Shown: positions 37,826 through 52,395, counted from the stretch's first letter. The stretch is 64,000 nt of DNA from Phaeosaccion multiseriatum (GCA_965112735.1 OZ218959.1:1054001-1118000), one strand, 5' to 3'. The notes: generated by a model not told the origin, from the letters alone. Made by a program: numbers and translations.

Positions 37826-39667
37826 TCATCCCATCCCACCACTGCTCGCCGCAAGCAGTGCCGCCTCTGAGGAGTGCGTGGGCGTTCTGCATCGCCACTC
37901 GAAGGGCAGGAAGCGGACATTGATGGACACAGTCTCTGCTGAGGCCAGCAGACGCGCGAGCTGGCGAGACTTGACAGAAGGGGAGGGGCCCCTTAGCAGG
38001 CAGGCTGATACGGCGTGAAGCAGGTCCAGACTGAGGGATGATGATGCAGAGGGGGCGCTGCTGCTGCTGCTGCTCCCTCCTCTGCCTCCTGCTCCTGCTC
38101 CTGCTGCTGCTGCCGCCGCTTCCGCCGACAGAGCCGAGGCCGTGAAGTCGTTGGCGTACCAGTTAAGCACCCTCGGCAAGGCCACGCTGCGCTTCTCCAC
38201 GTTCACCTTCAAAGAGCGATACACGCGTTCACATGACCACACACACAAACACACCGTGGAGGGGTGGAATAGGAGCATTGAATCGTAAGGTAAGGCCAAG
38301 GCTTGCGCGACTAATAAGCCAACAAAACAAGGTTTCCAAGGCTTATCCCCACTGAGGGCACACACCCTTCCGGCGCTCCATCTCCGTCCTCGAAACGTCT
38401 GTAATCGAGTGTGCGGTGCTGTACATGGTACGCGATCAATACCATTCGTACGTCCGGTGTTCGGCGTGCATTTCGCTTCACTGCATTTCATGACCACTGC
38501 CATCTACTGCCACCTATCCATCACATGTGGGAGCACATGTAATCACACGCAAGACTACAAACGTACCTGCAGCATCTGCTCCAGGAAGTAACGGGCCATG
38601 AGGTCGAGCTGTGCGTGCACCTTGTTCGCCTCGTAGATTATGATGATGGGCAGGCCGCTCACGCTGCCGCAGTTAAGGGCAAAATTGATGCGACTGGAGA
38701 TGTGGAAAGGGGGGGAGGGAAGGGGCACAGCACACACACAGAGAGAGAGGGAGAGAGAGGGGGGGGGGAGAGAGAAAGGGATCGAGAGAGCAAGAGGCAG
38801 TAAGTAGGAGGGAAAGTTGAGAGGGAGAGGGCTGAATGTGGAACACGCACAGGGAGGAAGAGAGAAAGAGAGAGGGAAGAGGGAGAGAGAAGAGCGACAC
38901 ATCCATACAGAGAGCGACACAGAGAGGGGGAGAGAGAGAGAACACACAACACAGAGCCCCCTCACAGGGTCCCCTTTCTTTCTTCTCTCACCTCTCGGGC
39001 CTCTGCAGGGCGAACCTCCCGTACTCCGAGCTGGGGATGACAAACCTGCTGAAGAACTGGCGAGGAGCCGTCATGGGCGCCCTCAGGATGCAGTGCTCAA
39101 GCTCCGCAATTGACACGGCGTCGCCAGCAAACTCGTACGACAAGGTGGTGAAGTAGCTCACCCACCGCAGGGGAGAGCACGGCGGGCCCAGAAGCAGGAA
39201 AGCGTGCACAATCATGAGGTGGAAGAGGTTGAGGAACAGCGCCAGCCTCTCCTCGTGGCTGAGGCCGCACAGGCTAACACCACGCAGCTGAGTGGTGGCG
39301 TCCAGGAAGGCCACCAATCTTTCGGAGGCCACCGCCACCGCAGCGCTCGCCGCTCCCCCCGCCCCCTGTCTACCTTCGACACTACTGTCCGCGGCGGCGG
39401 CGGCAGCGCTTGACGTCTGCTCCACCTCCAAGCCTTGTGCCAGAAGCCGCTGCACAAGGAGTACTGGAGAAAGACCAGGCTCCACACTCGGTTGCTGCTG
39501 CTGCTGCTGACATGCCCCTATACCTTGGCTGAGGTCGATGCGGCGGCAGTTGAGCACCCAGCGAGACTTGCTCTTCCAGTCGGACTTCTGCCGCAGGAAA
39601 TTGTCGTAGAGTTTGGCGGAGCCGGCGCTGCTCGTCGTTGAGGTGAGCGCCAGGGATTGGCGGATGC

Positions 39668-39730
<63 letters not shown>

Positions 39731-42700
39731 GGCAGTAGTGGTAGTAGTGGTAGTAGTCGCAGTAGTGACGGAGGCACAGGACAGGCACAGGCATCAGTAC
39801 ATGGGAGGGAGGGAGGGAGGGAGGAAGGAAGGGAGGAAGGAAGGGAGGAAGGAAGGGAGGGAAGGAGAGCGGCAAGAAGGGGCAAGGAGGGGATCGAACG
39901 GGGGAAAGGGTTAGAACGAAGTACCAGGGGGCAGCCAAAGGATGGGGCGTTGAGGTGGGAGGGGCGACAATGGATGCAGATAACAGCCTCTTGCCCAGCA
40001 AGCGGGCCTGCCTGGCAGATCATCAGACGAAACCATGCCACTTTCCCCTCGAGACGCACACACACACACTCCCTCTCTCTCTCTCTCTCCTCCAGTGCAC
40101 TCTCGTACCGATTGCTCGCATCCTCCACAGACTGCCCAGACGATGACACGGACTCGCGCCTGTCGACCTCCTCCCCCTCTGCCCCGTCCTCCTCCCGGGG
40201 GGGCTGTTCTACACCCCCCAATGCAGTCGCCCAGCTCTCCGAACTTTGCTCGCTTTGCTCACTTTGCTGGCGCTGCTGCAGCCGGGCCCGTTGCTGCTGC
40301 TGGGGTAGGAGAGTGCAAGCGATGGCATCCGTCCACTCTCGCGCGGCATCCTTGCCCGCGACGATGAGATGGTGCACGAGGCACAGCGTTTGCACCTCGA
40401 TGCTGAAGTAGTTGGGAAGCAGCCCGCCCGCACTGGCGCCCATGACCACCTCGATAACGTCCGACCCCTCTATACGCAGGCACTGCTTCTTCATTCGAAA
40501 GAGCTCGAGGTAGCCCTGCTCCTGCCCCTGACCGTTATGCCGGCTCGTGAGCACACACATCTCCTCGGAGAGGTGGTGCTCGCTAAGCACTCGAATCACA
40601 AAGTCCTCCTTCACCACCTCGGCACACGCGCCCACACGACCTCTGGCCAGCATGTCTCTGTCTGCAGATGCGCCGAAAGACACTCCTCCTCCTCCTCCTC
40701 CTCCTGCCCGTGCTGCTGGACTGGGCCCTCCTCCGAACGACTGTGAACCGGAATCCTTCAGGTCTTTGCTGCTCAGCCCCCTCTTGAGGCTGTTGCCGCT
40801 GTTGCCGTTGCTGCTGCTGCTCGCTCTGATCAGGTTGTCCAAGTTCTGGTCAGATTTGCTCCTGCCATAGAAAGAGAAATACGGAGGGGGCAGATCAGTG
40901 GGTATGTGTGTGCGTGTGTGTTTGTGAGAGCGCAGTCTCTGCCCTGCCCACAGCTCAGATCTCCACCAAAGCCCATAACCACATACCCATCCACACGTAC
41001 ATACACATATACACACAGACACACATAAAAACACACAGATACATACACAGACACACACATACACATATGTATGTATACATACATTACATATACACAGACA
41101 CACACAGACACACATAAACACACACAGACACATGCACATTCTTCTCCTCTCTTTCCGGATCAAAAGCACCGCTGAACTGAACCAACCTGTGATGGGGCTG
41201 CATGCCGAGGGAGTGCCCAACGAGAGCCAACGGCCTTGTGATGGAGTTCTTGACGACAGAGGCGGCTCTGAAGGACAGTGTGCGCTGCACGGCCCGCCTC
41301 TCCATGTACTGCGCGGAGCGGTCCCTCATTACTTCTCTCAGCATCGCCTCGAACCTGTCCCTGCTTCCGTGTGTGACCCTGCTGCCGCTGCTGTTGCTGC
41401 TGTTGCTGCTGCCGCTCGCGCAAGATGGTTGTCTGTCTTTCTCCTCGCCCACTGCCTCTCCTCCTCCTCCTCCTCCTCCTCCTGCTGCTGCTGCTGCTGC
41501 TTCTGCTTCTGCAGTACAACTCGGCAAGGAGAGAAGATGAAGAACCCTTGCAAACCTCCGGCGGTGCAGCTCGTCTACGGAAAGTCGGCTTGGGTGGGGA
41601 GTCACGAAGAAGGAAGCCAGTACAAGCAACAGGATAACGCAACGAAAGGCGAGAGAGAGTCAGAGACACCGCGAGACAAAGACAGCCACAGATCGTGAAA
41701 GAGACGAGAGACAGACACGAGGAGGGAGGGTGCAAGCGCCCAGGACGTGGGCAAGAGAGACAGTAGGGTTGGGTAGGGGAAGCACCATACGCGCTTGACA
41801 GTCGCACGCACCTCTCAAGCCCCTGCTGCTGCCCCTGGCCGCTGTCCCCGCTCCTTCCTCCTCTGCTGCTTCGATGTGTGAGCATGTGCATAGGAAGGGA
41901 GCTGAGAAGTTCCTTGCGGGGCTTGAACACGATCGCTGAGCCGCGCACCAACACAAATACCCTCCTCCCGTTGCCCTGCAGCCCTTTGTGCTTGGAGGAC
42001 CGAAGTGCTTTGTCGGCAAGACTGCGAGCCACCTTGTGCCGTCGGGAGGAGGAAGCCGCTGTGGGGTAGAGGTCCAAATAGGCTGGCACGCGGGCCATGC
42101 GGGGGTGCTGCTGCTGTATCAGCAACTGCCGCTGCTGCTCTTGGTACTGCTGCTCGTCCATCTCACCGTCGGTACCAGTCGAGCCCTTCGCACCACCGCC
42201 CCCCCTGCCCGCGCTAGGGACAGGGCTGACTCTGCCGCTGCCACCGCCCTGGGCTGCCACGGCCTCCTCATCATCCATCGCAGAGAAATACGATCCTTCT
42301 CCGTCGGAGTCCTCCGCAACCTCTCCTCCTCCATCACCATCGCGGTCCGTGTCACCCTCTCTGCTGCTGCCCTCTTCCTCGTCCTCCTCGTCCTCCTCTT
42401 CGTCCTCGTCCCCCCCCTCCTCTTCGTTGTCAATGAGGTGAAAGGCAGAAGATGCTGATCTACTGCGGTCTTCGCCCCTCGCCTTCTTGGCAGCACTGGT
42501 ACTCACAGCCCGATGGCTCCCTGCGGACTCCGAGCCGGCCTGCCTCTTCCCTCCAACGCTGACTTCCTCTGAAGGGGAGCTTTCCCACGTGACGCTCTCT
42601 TCACACTCAGGGTCGTGCCTAAACTGAAGCCGCATAATGTAGCTCAAGTCCTTCTCCACATGCGCCTCCTGAGGGGGGGGCAAACGATGGGAGGGGAGAG

Positions 42701-44933
42701 CAACCACAACAAAACAAAGCAAGGAGCTCATGTCAGACTTCCACCCTCCCTCCCTCCCTCCCTCCATCCCTTCCTCCCTCCTCTCTCCTCCACCCTCCCT
42801 CCCTCCCTTCCACCCTCCCTCCCTCCCTCCCTCCCTCCCTCCCTCCTCTCTCCACATGCCCACCTTGAGGCCAGTCCCCGGAGGTGTGGCATAGGCCGTG
42901 ATGCGCATGGGGCAGTCTCCCCAAAATGCGTGCAAGTCAAGGTCCTTTAGGCCTGCGATGCGCGAGGTGCTCCAGCGAGGGATATTGAGATACATGGAGT
43001 GGAAGCAGTACGTGTACGTGGCGCCCAGCTGTATCGACCACGGACAGAAGAGGGGCGGGAGGAGGAGAGGAGGAGAGGAGGAGGGGAGGAGCAGGAGGAG
43101 GAGGAGTGTTAGCAGTAGTAGGAGTAGGAGGAGGAGAAGGAGCGGTAGCAGCAGCAGCAGCAGCAGTAGCAGCAGTAGTAGAACTCTTCCTTAAAGGTTT
43201 GCTCCTCTTGACTACCAATTCAGCCTTTGGCCTTTGGCCCTTGGCAGTTGGGCGGGCCCCCGCTCTACACACCTTCAGCTCCCCAACATCAAAGCCCCTA
43301 GCCTTGACTCTCTTCCTCTTGTCCTCGGGATCCTCAGTAATGCGAGTGCCGAGCTTGGGCACCTCTTGCCCCTCCTCCGTAACAATGAGGTTGTCCACGG
43401 AGGTGAGAAGAGGGAAGGAGATGTGTGCAAGCTCGCCAGCCTTCGCGTCACCGAAGGAGTAGTGCAGGTACCTTCCCACACGCAGAGAGGGACCAGATGG
43501 CAGGACGTGCGAGGAGAGGGAGTCAGTGGGTGGGTGGGTGGGTGAGTGAATGGGTGGGTGGGTGGGTTCATGGTGGGTGAGTGAGTGAGTGAGTGAGAGA
43601 GTGAGTCAGTGAGTCAGTGAGTGAGTGAGTGAGTGAGTGAGTGAGTGAGTGAGTAAGTGAGTAAGTGTCCACTAACTCCACTGACTTACTTGTTGAGCCT
43701 CTGCGCAAAGCCAAGCAGCACTTTGCAAGCCCCTCTTGCGATGAGTCCAAGCCTCATCGGCTCTGTGATCTCCACACCGATGTACAAGTCGCCGGCAGGG
43801 CGTGACAAAAAGCGCCCCTGCACCTGAATCTCAAAGAGTCTGTTCTTCCCCTCGAAGATCTGACTGTATTTGGGGTCTACAGGGTCGCTTTTGACCATAA
43901 AGAGGGCCTCCCCCTCAAAGTAGTCGCTCTTGATGGGGATGCTCTCGCGGCTGTTGGGGCACGTGGGGAAGGGCTCTGGCGAGTGTGTGAGCATTTCCAT
44001 CGCGAGGGCTGGGAACTGCGGCCCGACAGCTTCCCTTGTCGCTTCCTCCTCCGCCTCCTCCTTCTCCTCCTCCTCGTCCTCCTCCTCCTCGTCGTCGTCG
44101 TCTTCCTCCTTCTCTGCCTCTGTTCCTACCTCACCAGAAGGGACGGGCGGTGGGTAGGAAATGGAGCGGCTTCCTTGAGAGGGTGCAGTAGATGCCAGTG
44201 CGTCTTCTTGCTTTGCCTCAGCTGCTTCTCTTGCCTCCCTGCAAAGGGTCCAGCCCAGGGCCTTAACAAGCCTCGGGTCGCTCCACAAGGGAGCGACCAC
44301 CAGAAGCAGAACGAAGCCCCCAGGGCACCTCATTTTCGTCATTCCTCCTTGGGTTATGCCCTCTTGCTCCTCCTCCTCGTTCTTTGTGTGTACACCCCCC
44401 TCGATTGTGGCTCCCCTCTCCACGGCCCGCTCCACCGCTTCCTGCTGCTGCTGGTGATTCATGCGCAGTATATTCGTCGACGGTGATGTCTGCCTCCCAT
44501 GCTGCAGGAACAGCACGTTCATGGCCCCGTCTCGGCCCTGTACATGTACGCAGGCCTCCTGTCGGCCCGTACAAGTCCCTTCTTCGTCCCCACCAACTTT
44601 TCCCGCCTGTCCTGTCCTGGGCCCCTCCTCCTCCTCCTCCTCCTGCTGCTGCTGCTGCTGCTCTCCCCAAACCGCCTCCTGCCTCAGTTGCAGGTCTGGG
44701 AACACGTCCACGAGGAAGTGGGCGGCTACAACCGCATCTTCAGCCACGACGATGTCAAAGCCCTCGGGCCCGGGCCTGGCTGGGCCCGATTCTGTCATCA
44801 CGATAACCTTTCGGAAGTCTGTCCCTTCCGCTCCGCCTCCACCCACTATTCCCTCCTCCCTTGGCGCTCGGCTTCCATCTACGGACCCGTACACTTCCTC
44901 TGCCGCTGCGAGTAGGGCTTGTTGATGGGACAT
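37826..44933 (-). CDS. Large multidomain protein: DUF1769-like N-terminal domain, PH-like middle region and C-terminal DUF547 domain, about 9 exons
   Basis: DUF1769-like motifs: YFEGEALF, FEGKNRLFEIQVQGRF, LYIGVE, HYSFGD, HISFPL, TYTYCFHSMY, DLHAFWG..PMR. DUF547 motifs: ERLALFLNLFHLMIVH, SIAELEHCILRA, RINFALNCGS.S, LPRVLNWYANDF. Frame-compatible GT-AG junctions link all segments (e.g. 41187/40861, ~40108/39666). Confidence 0.72.
39668..39730 (-). repeat. (AAC)n tract immediately upstream of a 3' splice site
   Basis: About 21 TTG units on the + strand. On the - strand it reads ...caacaacag|C ATC CGC. Confidence 0.9.
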
Positions 44934-45153
44934 TCTTCTAAAACATCCCGATATCACATCCCTCTTACACGGTTCCCACCTCCTCTTCACCTACACGCGC
45001 TACTCATACGACGTTGAGGAAGGTAGGAGCGTGCAATACGGATGGTAAGCAGCTCTTGCCGAGCAAGGAAGGAGAAAAATAGAGCACGCCGCTATCTGAG
45101 TAAGGAGGGGATATCGCGGGAGCCAGTTTCAGTTTGAGTTCTATGAACAAACG

Positions 45154-46091
45154 TCACACATTTTTTTTTTTGTAGGATCGTCCGACTGGATCGTCCGACT
45201 GTGCTCCCTCCTCTTTCTGCCCCCCCTCCTCCTCCTCCTCCTCCACCTCCTCTATTCCCCCCTCTCCCTCCTCTGTGTGCCCCTCCCCCTCCCCCTCCCC
45301 CACTCCCTCCGCAGCTGCAGCAGCCGCCGCCGCAGCAGCAGCCAACCCCAACCCGCCTTCCTCGAGCAGACGGGCCTCTCTGCGAGCCTGCCTGAGGTAC
45401 TTGACTTGCCCTGCTGCCGGTCCAGCCCCCACCAGCGCTCGGAAGCAGTCCCCGCCTCTTCCCTTGCCCACGGCCGCGTGCAACACTCGGAATAAGCTGC
45501 GGCAAAGCAAGCAGAGAAGGTAGAGAGCAAGAGGAGCAGTTAGAACAAGCGAACGTGTGGGACCTTCTTAACTGCACAATCATGGGCGTTCCTTCCCTTC
45601 GCTCAGTCATTCACCAGAGCAACAGCAGCAAGCACTGGAGGAGAAGGAAGAGCAAAATGATCTGACAAGCGCACCCACCCGTCTAAGCGGCGCTTCCTCC
45701 GCTGATCGCTGCCGACGGTCACGCACGAGGCCACAAATAGACGATCCGTGGCAGCATCCCACGTCAGCGCCCGCCGTAGGCTGTCGGTCAGCGGCGAGGG
45801 CTCGTGCCGAAGGGCGTAGGACACGCAGGCCGCGAACTCCGCTTTTGTGGAGAAGGTTAGACAGTTGGGGTACTTTCGTTTGCGGGACAGAACAGGACAG
45901 GACCGCAAACGGAGTGGGGGAGGGGGAGGAGGGAGGAGAGGGGAGGGACGGGTGTGGTTAAACCGCCTGCCCGATGGGTAATACATGACCTAACCTGTGC
46001 TAATCTGTGCACATGAGGAAGGGGCATTGTCCGCTCTGCTCAAGTGTCTCTCGAGCTCAATTCTGCACGGTGCCATCATATCAAGCAATGA

Positions 46092-46122
<31 letters not shown>

Positions 46123-47406
46123 AACCGCTCCTCCCTCCTCCCCTCCACTGCTCCCCACCCGCCAGTCTCTCCCTGACCTCATAGAAGAACTCGTTGGAGG
46201 GGTGTCTACTGCAGACCACCCACTTGCCCATGGCCAGCGCCTCGGCGATGGTTGTGCACAGCACCTCGCTCACGCTGGGGTTGATGAACACCTGTTGTGT
46301 TGTGTTGTGTTGTGTTGTGTTGTGATGTGTTCACACACAAGTACATCAAGTGTTGTTCGCGTGTCCCATGTGTTTTCGCGCCGGTGCATTGCGGGTATTC
46401 ATGTGCAGACGCGAGGGAGGGAGGGAGAGCAAGGGTGATTGAGATGAAAGGAGCCATGGCGCTAGCTTTGAGCGAGCTCAGCGAGGTGGAATGAGTGAGT
46501 CCTGAATGTTTGAGTTTGAGTTTGAGTTTAGACCTTAACCAGTATCGATCCAATGATTTGTTCATGGTCGTACCCCCCCCCTCCGCCGTCATACCTTGTA
46601 GTCCTTGAGCTTAGCGTGGTCAGTGGCGGGGAAGAAGCTGCACGGCAGGCCCCTCTTCTTGGCCCGCCTCATGATGGCCTCCTTGTCGGGCCCGCTTCCG
46701 TACACGTCGATGGGGAAACACGTTTTGCCTGGCGATGGATGGCGACGATCCATACATACAACATCCCATAGCGGGGGGAAGGGGGGGGGGCGCGTCAGAT
46801 GGGAGCGGCAAGGAACAGCACTGAGCTGGGGCAATGAGCAGCAATGAGCAGAGGCAAGAGGGCGCGCGCACAGCAAGCCGCAAACGGCACCTTTTATGCC
46901 TTGTCTACTGCGGCACAAGGCGGCGGCTCACGGAGAGCATAGTGGGGCTTCACAGCGACTGGCAAAAGGGGTGTGTGTGTCTCTGCCTACCCGCCTGCCC
47001 GCCTGCCTGCCTAAATATTTGCCCATATGCCTCTCACCTCCTTCCTTCTTGATGGAGGCCATGTTGTCGATGAGGCGGTCGTAGCCCTTGGCCCACAGGC
47101 TCTTGCCCACGTAGTAAGCACCCTTGGAGTGCGCAGCTTCAGCCCCGACCTGCAACAACAGATCAACAACAGAGCGAGGCAGGGTTAGCAGGGCAGGCAT
47201 TTATGTATGCATACATACATACATACATACATACATACATACATACATACATACATGTACGGCGCGGTGTGTAAGAGAAGGCGAGGGCACGCAGGCACAT
47301 ATGGGGCAGCGGAAAGCGTGCATGGCAATGGCAATGACTCACTTCTCACCACTCCAACACCGTCACGATGCTGTTGCAATAAAACACAACAGACACATGC
47401 ACACAC

Positions 47407-47439
<33 letters not shown>

Positions 47440-48441
47440 CGCACAGACACACACACACCTGCAGGAAGTCGCGTCGGACGCCGTGCACGTTGCAGACCAC
47501 TTCCTTCTCCCCGGCGAGGTGCTGAATCACAGAGCTCAGCTTGATTATTTTGTCGGTGTGCGCCCGACAGATGGCAACCTGTGGCAGGGAAGGGGAGGAG
47601 GAGAAGGAGGAGGAGAAGGAGGAGGAGGAGGGAGGAGGAGGAGGGAGGAGGAGAGGAGGAGGAGGAGGAGGAGGAGGAGGAGGAGGAGGAGGAGGAGTAG
47701 GAGGAGGAGGGAGGAGGAGGAGGAGGGAGGAGGAGGAGGAGGAGGAGGAGGAGAAAGAGGAGGAGATGAGGATGGAGCCAAGGTGAGAAAGAGATGGACA
47801 TACGGAGCATGTTCAGCTTTGGTAGGGCATTTCCCCCATTCCTTTGCTTTGAGCACCTCCATGAAGATCATTTGCAGGGCCTTTGCAGGACCTTCCTTGC
47901 AGGAAAGCAAGGACTCTGGTCGCGGTCCCCTCAGGAAAGGAAACGTAGTGCAACAGTGTCGTGGGTCCACGCCCCCCCCCCCCCCACCCCCCTCCCCGGC
48001 CCATTCCTCGCCACTTGCTTTGTTGACTTACGTTCATCCGCTTGAGCAGGAAGGTGAGGACGGGTCCGAACGGGCCAAAGCCGCTCGAGTAGGCAAGGTA
48101 GTTGGTATGGACCACCCCCACCACATGATCAAAGTGCCCCACCCAGCTCGGGCCCGGCCCTCTGAACCAGTTCAGATGCTCCGGCTCCTCGAGGATGCAA
48201 ATGTTGGCCTCTTCCTTCGGGACTTTGGCCACCAAGTCTCCCATGGGGAACACGCTACCGTAGGCCTTGTGGAACCTGCCTGTGAGTGTGAGAGAGTACG
48301 TGTGTGTTTGTATGAGGGCGCGTGTGCGTATGTGGTTAGTCGAAATAGAGGTAGGTACAAAGTACAATTCTGCTGTGCCTGATGATACATAAAGCCTCTG
48401 CTTGCCCCCGTCCTTGAGCACTCGCACTCCAGTATACATGT

Positions 48442-48480
<39 letters not shown>

Positions 48481-50012
48481 CTCCGACATGCCCCTCACAA
48501 TGGGTCCTTTCCTTTCCTTTCCTTTCCTTTCCTTCTCTTTCTTTCCCTTGGCTTGGCTTGCCTCACCACGGACCCTCTGCTTGCCTCTGCCTCACCGTGG
48601 TAGAACACAAGCTTCAACTTCTTGGCCTCCTCTGCGTACCCCGCCTTCTTCAACCACCCCCTAACGGCCTTATCCTGCTCCTCCTCAGACTCGAAAATTA
48701 CCCCTTCCGGGTAGATCTGACGGTGGGAGCAGGGGAGTGGTGAGATGAAACGAGGACAACAGCCGAGGAAGAGAGAGGGAGAGGGGAGGGGGGAGGGAGG
48801 AGGGGAAGGAGAGAGAGAGAAAGGGATGGCAAGGGGTCAGAGAGACAGACGTGTAAGACTAATAAAGTAAGAGACAAGGGTTTAACGGTAAGAGAAAGAG
48901 AAAGGGAGGGAGGAGCGGTGAGCAGCGCAAAGAAGGGGCACGTGCTGCACATACAACACGAAGACACGAGAGTTCAGTTGAGAGGAATCTCTCCCACACA
49001 CATACACATAAACACACTCACATACACACACACCGAGCGCGCGGAGAGGCAGAATTGACACGAGTCAGATAGAGACGGACGTGAGAGGGGCAGGACAAGC
49101 CAAACAAGGGGAGCAAGGTGGTACACAGGCTGCCATTGACTTGCATACCTTCTTCTGGTCTTCCTTGTCTACGAAGGGCAGCATGAGGGTGACCATGCCG
49201 CTGACCCGCCCCCTCGTGAGGTAGGCCGCCCGCAGCAGCGGGTTAATAGACGTGCCTGTCATCCAAGGAAGACTGTGGCGCGTCCGAGAGCGTTTGTAGC
49301 AGTAAGGATGAGAAGGATGGCAAGGAAGTGCGGAGGGGAGTCCAGTCAGAGGTTGTGGCGGCATCTCAGCATGCGCGGCGTGAGAGCACCAGGCGGCTCT
49401 TGCTGGATATGTGTACACACGTAGACGGATTGCACACAACATGCACCGCCAATGGCCGCACCTAGCAGTCGTGACGACCCATATCCGCTTATCTGAGTGG
49501 CTCATCTCTGTATGGGGCAAGACTACTTCTCGAATTAAAGTATCGGCCTTGCTGGCCTTTCGCAGCTTCCTGAACAGTTGAGTTGGGCAGGCAAGGCAGA
49601 AGGGGGCGTTAGCGGTGCCATCACCCCTTCTTGGTCCACACCTTGTAGGCGAGCGTGATATGATGTAGAGCATGAACCTCTTCAACAAAAGCGGCACCTC
49701 TCCTCCCTCCTCGCCTAAGCCCAGGAAACTCTCTCCCTCCCAAATCGCATCGCAAAACTCTCCCTCGCCTCGCCGCTCTGCTTGCAAACAGCAACTTGGA
49801 TCTTCTTCCCCACCCCTCCCCGCACTCACTTCCTGTCCTCTTTGCTCGTGGTGGACTGCTGAACCAGGCGCGTCCCTCTCAAGGACTGCAGGCTCAGGGC
49901 CGAAGGCACCCCCGCCGCGGCTGCAGCTGCTGCTGCCCCAGCTGCTGCTCCTCCTATTGTTGGTGGCTTGGCTAACATGAGCAAAACCATCATCTTCACC
50001 GAGTCCACCCAT
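45154..50012 (-). CDS. DGD: Digalactosyldiacylglycerol synthase (GT4 glycosyltransferase), about 11 exons
   Basis: Contains [75 protein letters not shown]-region [70 protein letters not shown] and LTWDAATDR. Confidence 0.93.
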
Positions 50013-50583
50013 GGCTTTTGCTCCCCTCGCTCCCCTCTACTCCTCCTCCGCCTCCTCCTCAGCAGTTGCGACGCTGCGGGAGGAGAAAGAAGCAGCATTG
50101 CTGCGCAGCGAGCCTCCGCTGGCGGAAGCTTTCTACCCCCAAGGAGGTCCGAAGGGGGGGGAATTTCAAATTTCAGGCCAGCCTTTCTGTCTTTTCATTG
50201 TTTGGCTTGGTTTGGGTCCTGTTTTCCCCTCTCAGAGGAAAATTGTTTTACTTGTAGGGAAATCCGAACCTATGGACAATAGCCACAGCATGCGAAATGA
50301 CATAGCACAAGGGTATCGAGGGGATAGGGATCTCATCTGTTTGTAAGGGATAGACGCGAATTCTCAACGAGACGACGAAATAGGAGTAGTTCAGGCGATA
50401 AAGGTTTGAGAGGAAGGCACGTCCTCCACCTTTCCCTTTTTTTTACATATACACTGGTCTCGCCCTCTTCTCATCATGGAGAGCTCGAGATGAAGTGGGA
50501 GGTCAAGCCGGGAAGAACAACCCAGTAGCAGGAGAGAAGGAGAGAAGAGGGGTGGGACAAGAGCCAGAGCAAGGAAGGTTGCG

Positions 50584-51752
50584 ATGGCTGACTTCATGGC
50601 AATTAGTCCTGGTGTGGAGGACGCGGAGCAAGTGCCCCCGGACCAGGAAGCTGCAGCTGAGGCACACGCAGCGGCGGCCGCAGCGCTGCAGGCCGCCAGA
50701 GCAGAGCAGGAAGTGGTCGACTTAGCCGGAGCCAATACGGTCCAATTGGGGGTAGCGGCGGCGGCAGCAGTGGCAGCACAAGCTGCGGCAGCATCAGCGG
50801 CGGCAGGAGGACTAGGAGCAAAAGGGGCGAGAGGGGGGCTAGAGCCCAGCCAGATGAGAGGAGGCGCGGCGGCGAGTGCAGCAGACACCCTGACGATGGG
50901 CGGAAGGACTTTTCACTCCGTGCTCGTGGGGCGAGAGACGTTTTTTGTGGACACCCGCTACACCAACCTGGAGGTGAGGAGTATCTCCCCCCCCATTATT
51001 CTTCCTTCTTCTCACTGAGCGCAGACAGAGGAATCCCGGCAATCTGAATTCAAACTCTTCCTCTCTCTGTCAGCCTCTACTCGCCGTCTCCTTTTTCTGT
51101 GGTGTTGCCTCTATTTCCTCCTGCCCCCTCATGCTCTCTCGCCCCCTTCTCCCTCTCTTTGCTTCTGCCTCTCCCCCCTCTCTGCTGGTGCGCTGTATCG
51201 CCAACTACTGTAGCCTGTGGGGGACGGTAGCTATGGTGTGGTGTGCGGGGCTGATGATACGCTGACAGGGACTCAGGTGGCCATTAAAAAGGTCAAGAAC
51301 ATTTTCAGGTGCGTGCGCGAGTGCGTGCGCGAGTACGTGGGTGCGTGCGTGAGTGCGTGAGTGCGTATGGGGGGGCTGTCGAGTGCGCACGGGGTCGAGC
51401 AGAGCACGCATAGGAGAGTCTCAGTTTCAGTTTTTCCGCCCCTGACGAAGGATGGGTGCGTCCATACAATTTGATGTGATTGTGGGCCTCCCCACCTCCA
51501 ATCACAATGGTGTATGTCACCCCCAATCCCCACCTCCAATCACAATGGTGTATGTCACCCCCACACCCACTCCAATCACAATGGTGTGTATGTCACCCCC
51601 ACACCCACTCCAATCACAATGGTGTATATCACCCCCCATCCCCACCTCCAATCACAATGGTGTATATCACCCCCCATCCCCACCTCCAATCACAATGGTG
51701 TGTATGTCACCCCCACACCCACTCCAATCCGATTCCATCCAATTCCGAAACA

Positions 51753-51784
<32 letters not shown>

Positions 51785-52235
51785 GGGACATCGGAGAGGG
51801 GAAGCGCGTCCTCCGGGAGCTAAAGCTGCTGCGGCACTTTCACGCACACGAGAATATCATCACCATCCACGACCTCATGCTACAGCCGCTCAACAGCCTG
51901 GACTTTAGAGACATATACATCGTCACCACGCTCATGGAGTCCGACCTAGATCGTATCATTGCCTCTACCCAGGCCCTAACTGATCAGCACTACCAGTACT
52001 TTCTGTACCAGTTGCTGAGGGGCCTAAAGTACATTCACAGCGGCAACGTGCTGCATCGGGACCTCAAGCCGGGCAACTTGCTCGTTAATGCCAACTGTGA
52101 TCTCGCCATCTGTGACTTTGGGCTGTCGCGAGGATTCGACGTGAATGAGAGGTGAGGGAAAGTGGAGGGGGGGTGGGGAGACACCGGAATGGGAGAGAGA
52201 GATATGATAGGGGGGGGGGGGGAGAGGAAGGGAGA

Positions 52236-52273
<38 letters not shown>

Positions 52274-52342
52274 ACGCTGGCCTGTGTGGTCCTCTTGCCG
52301 CTATCCTCTGGGCCCTTTCTCGGCTGTGTTGTGTGTGTGTGT

Positions 52343-52395
<53 letters not shown>

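Noticed and set aside
626-51728. Tandem arrays (52, 24, 23, 59 and ~38 bp) as CRISPR arrays
   Set aside because: The units are contiguous with no unique spacers, lie inside spliceosomal introns, and no cas genes are present.
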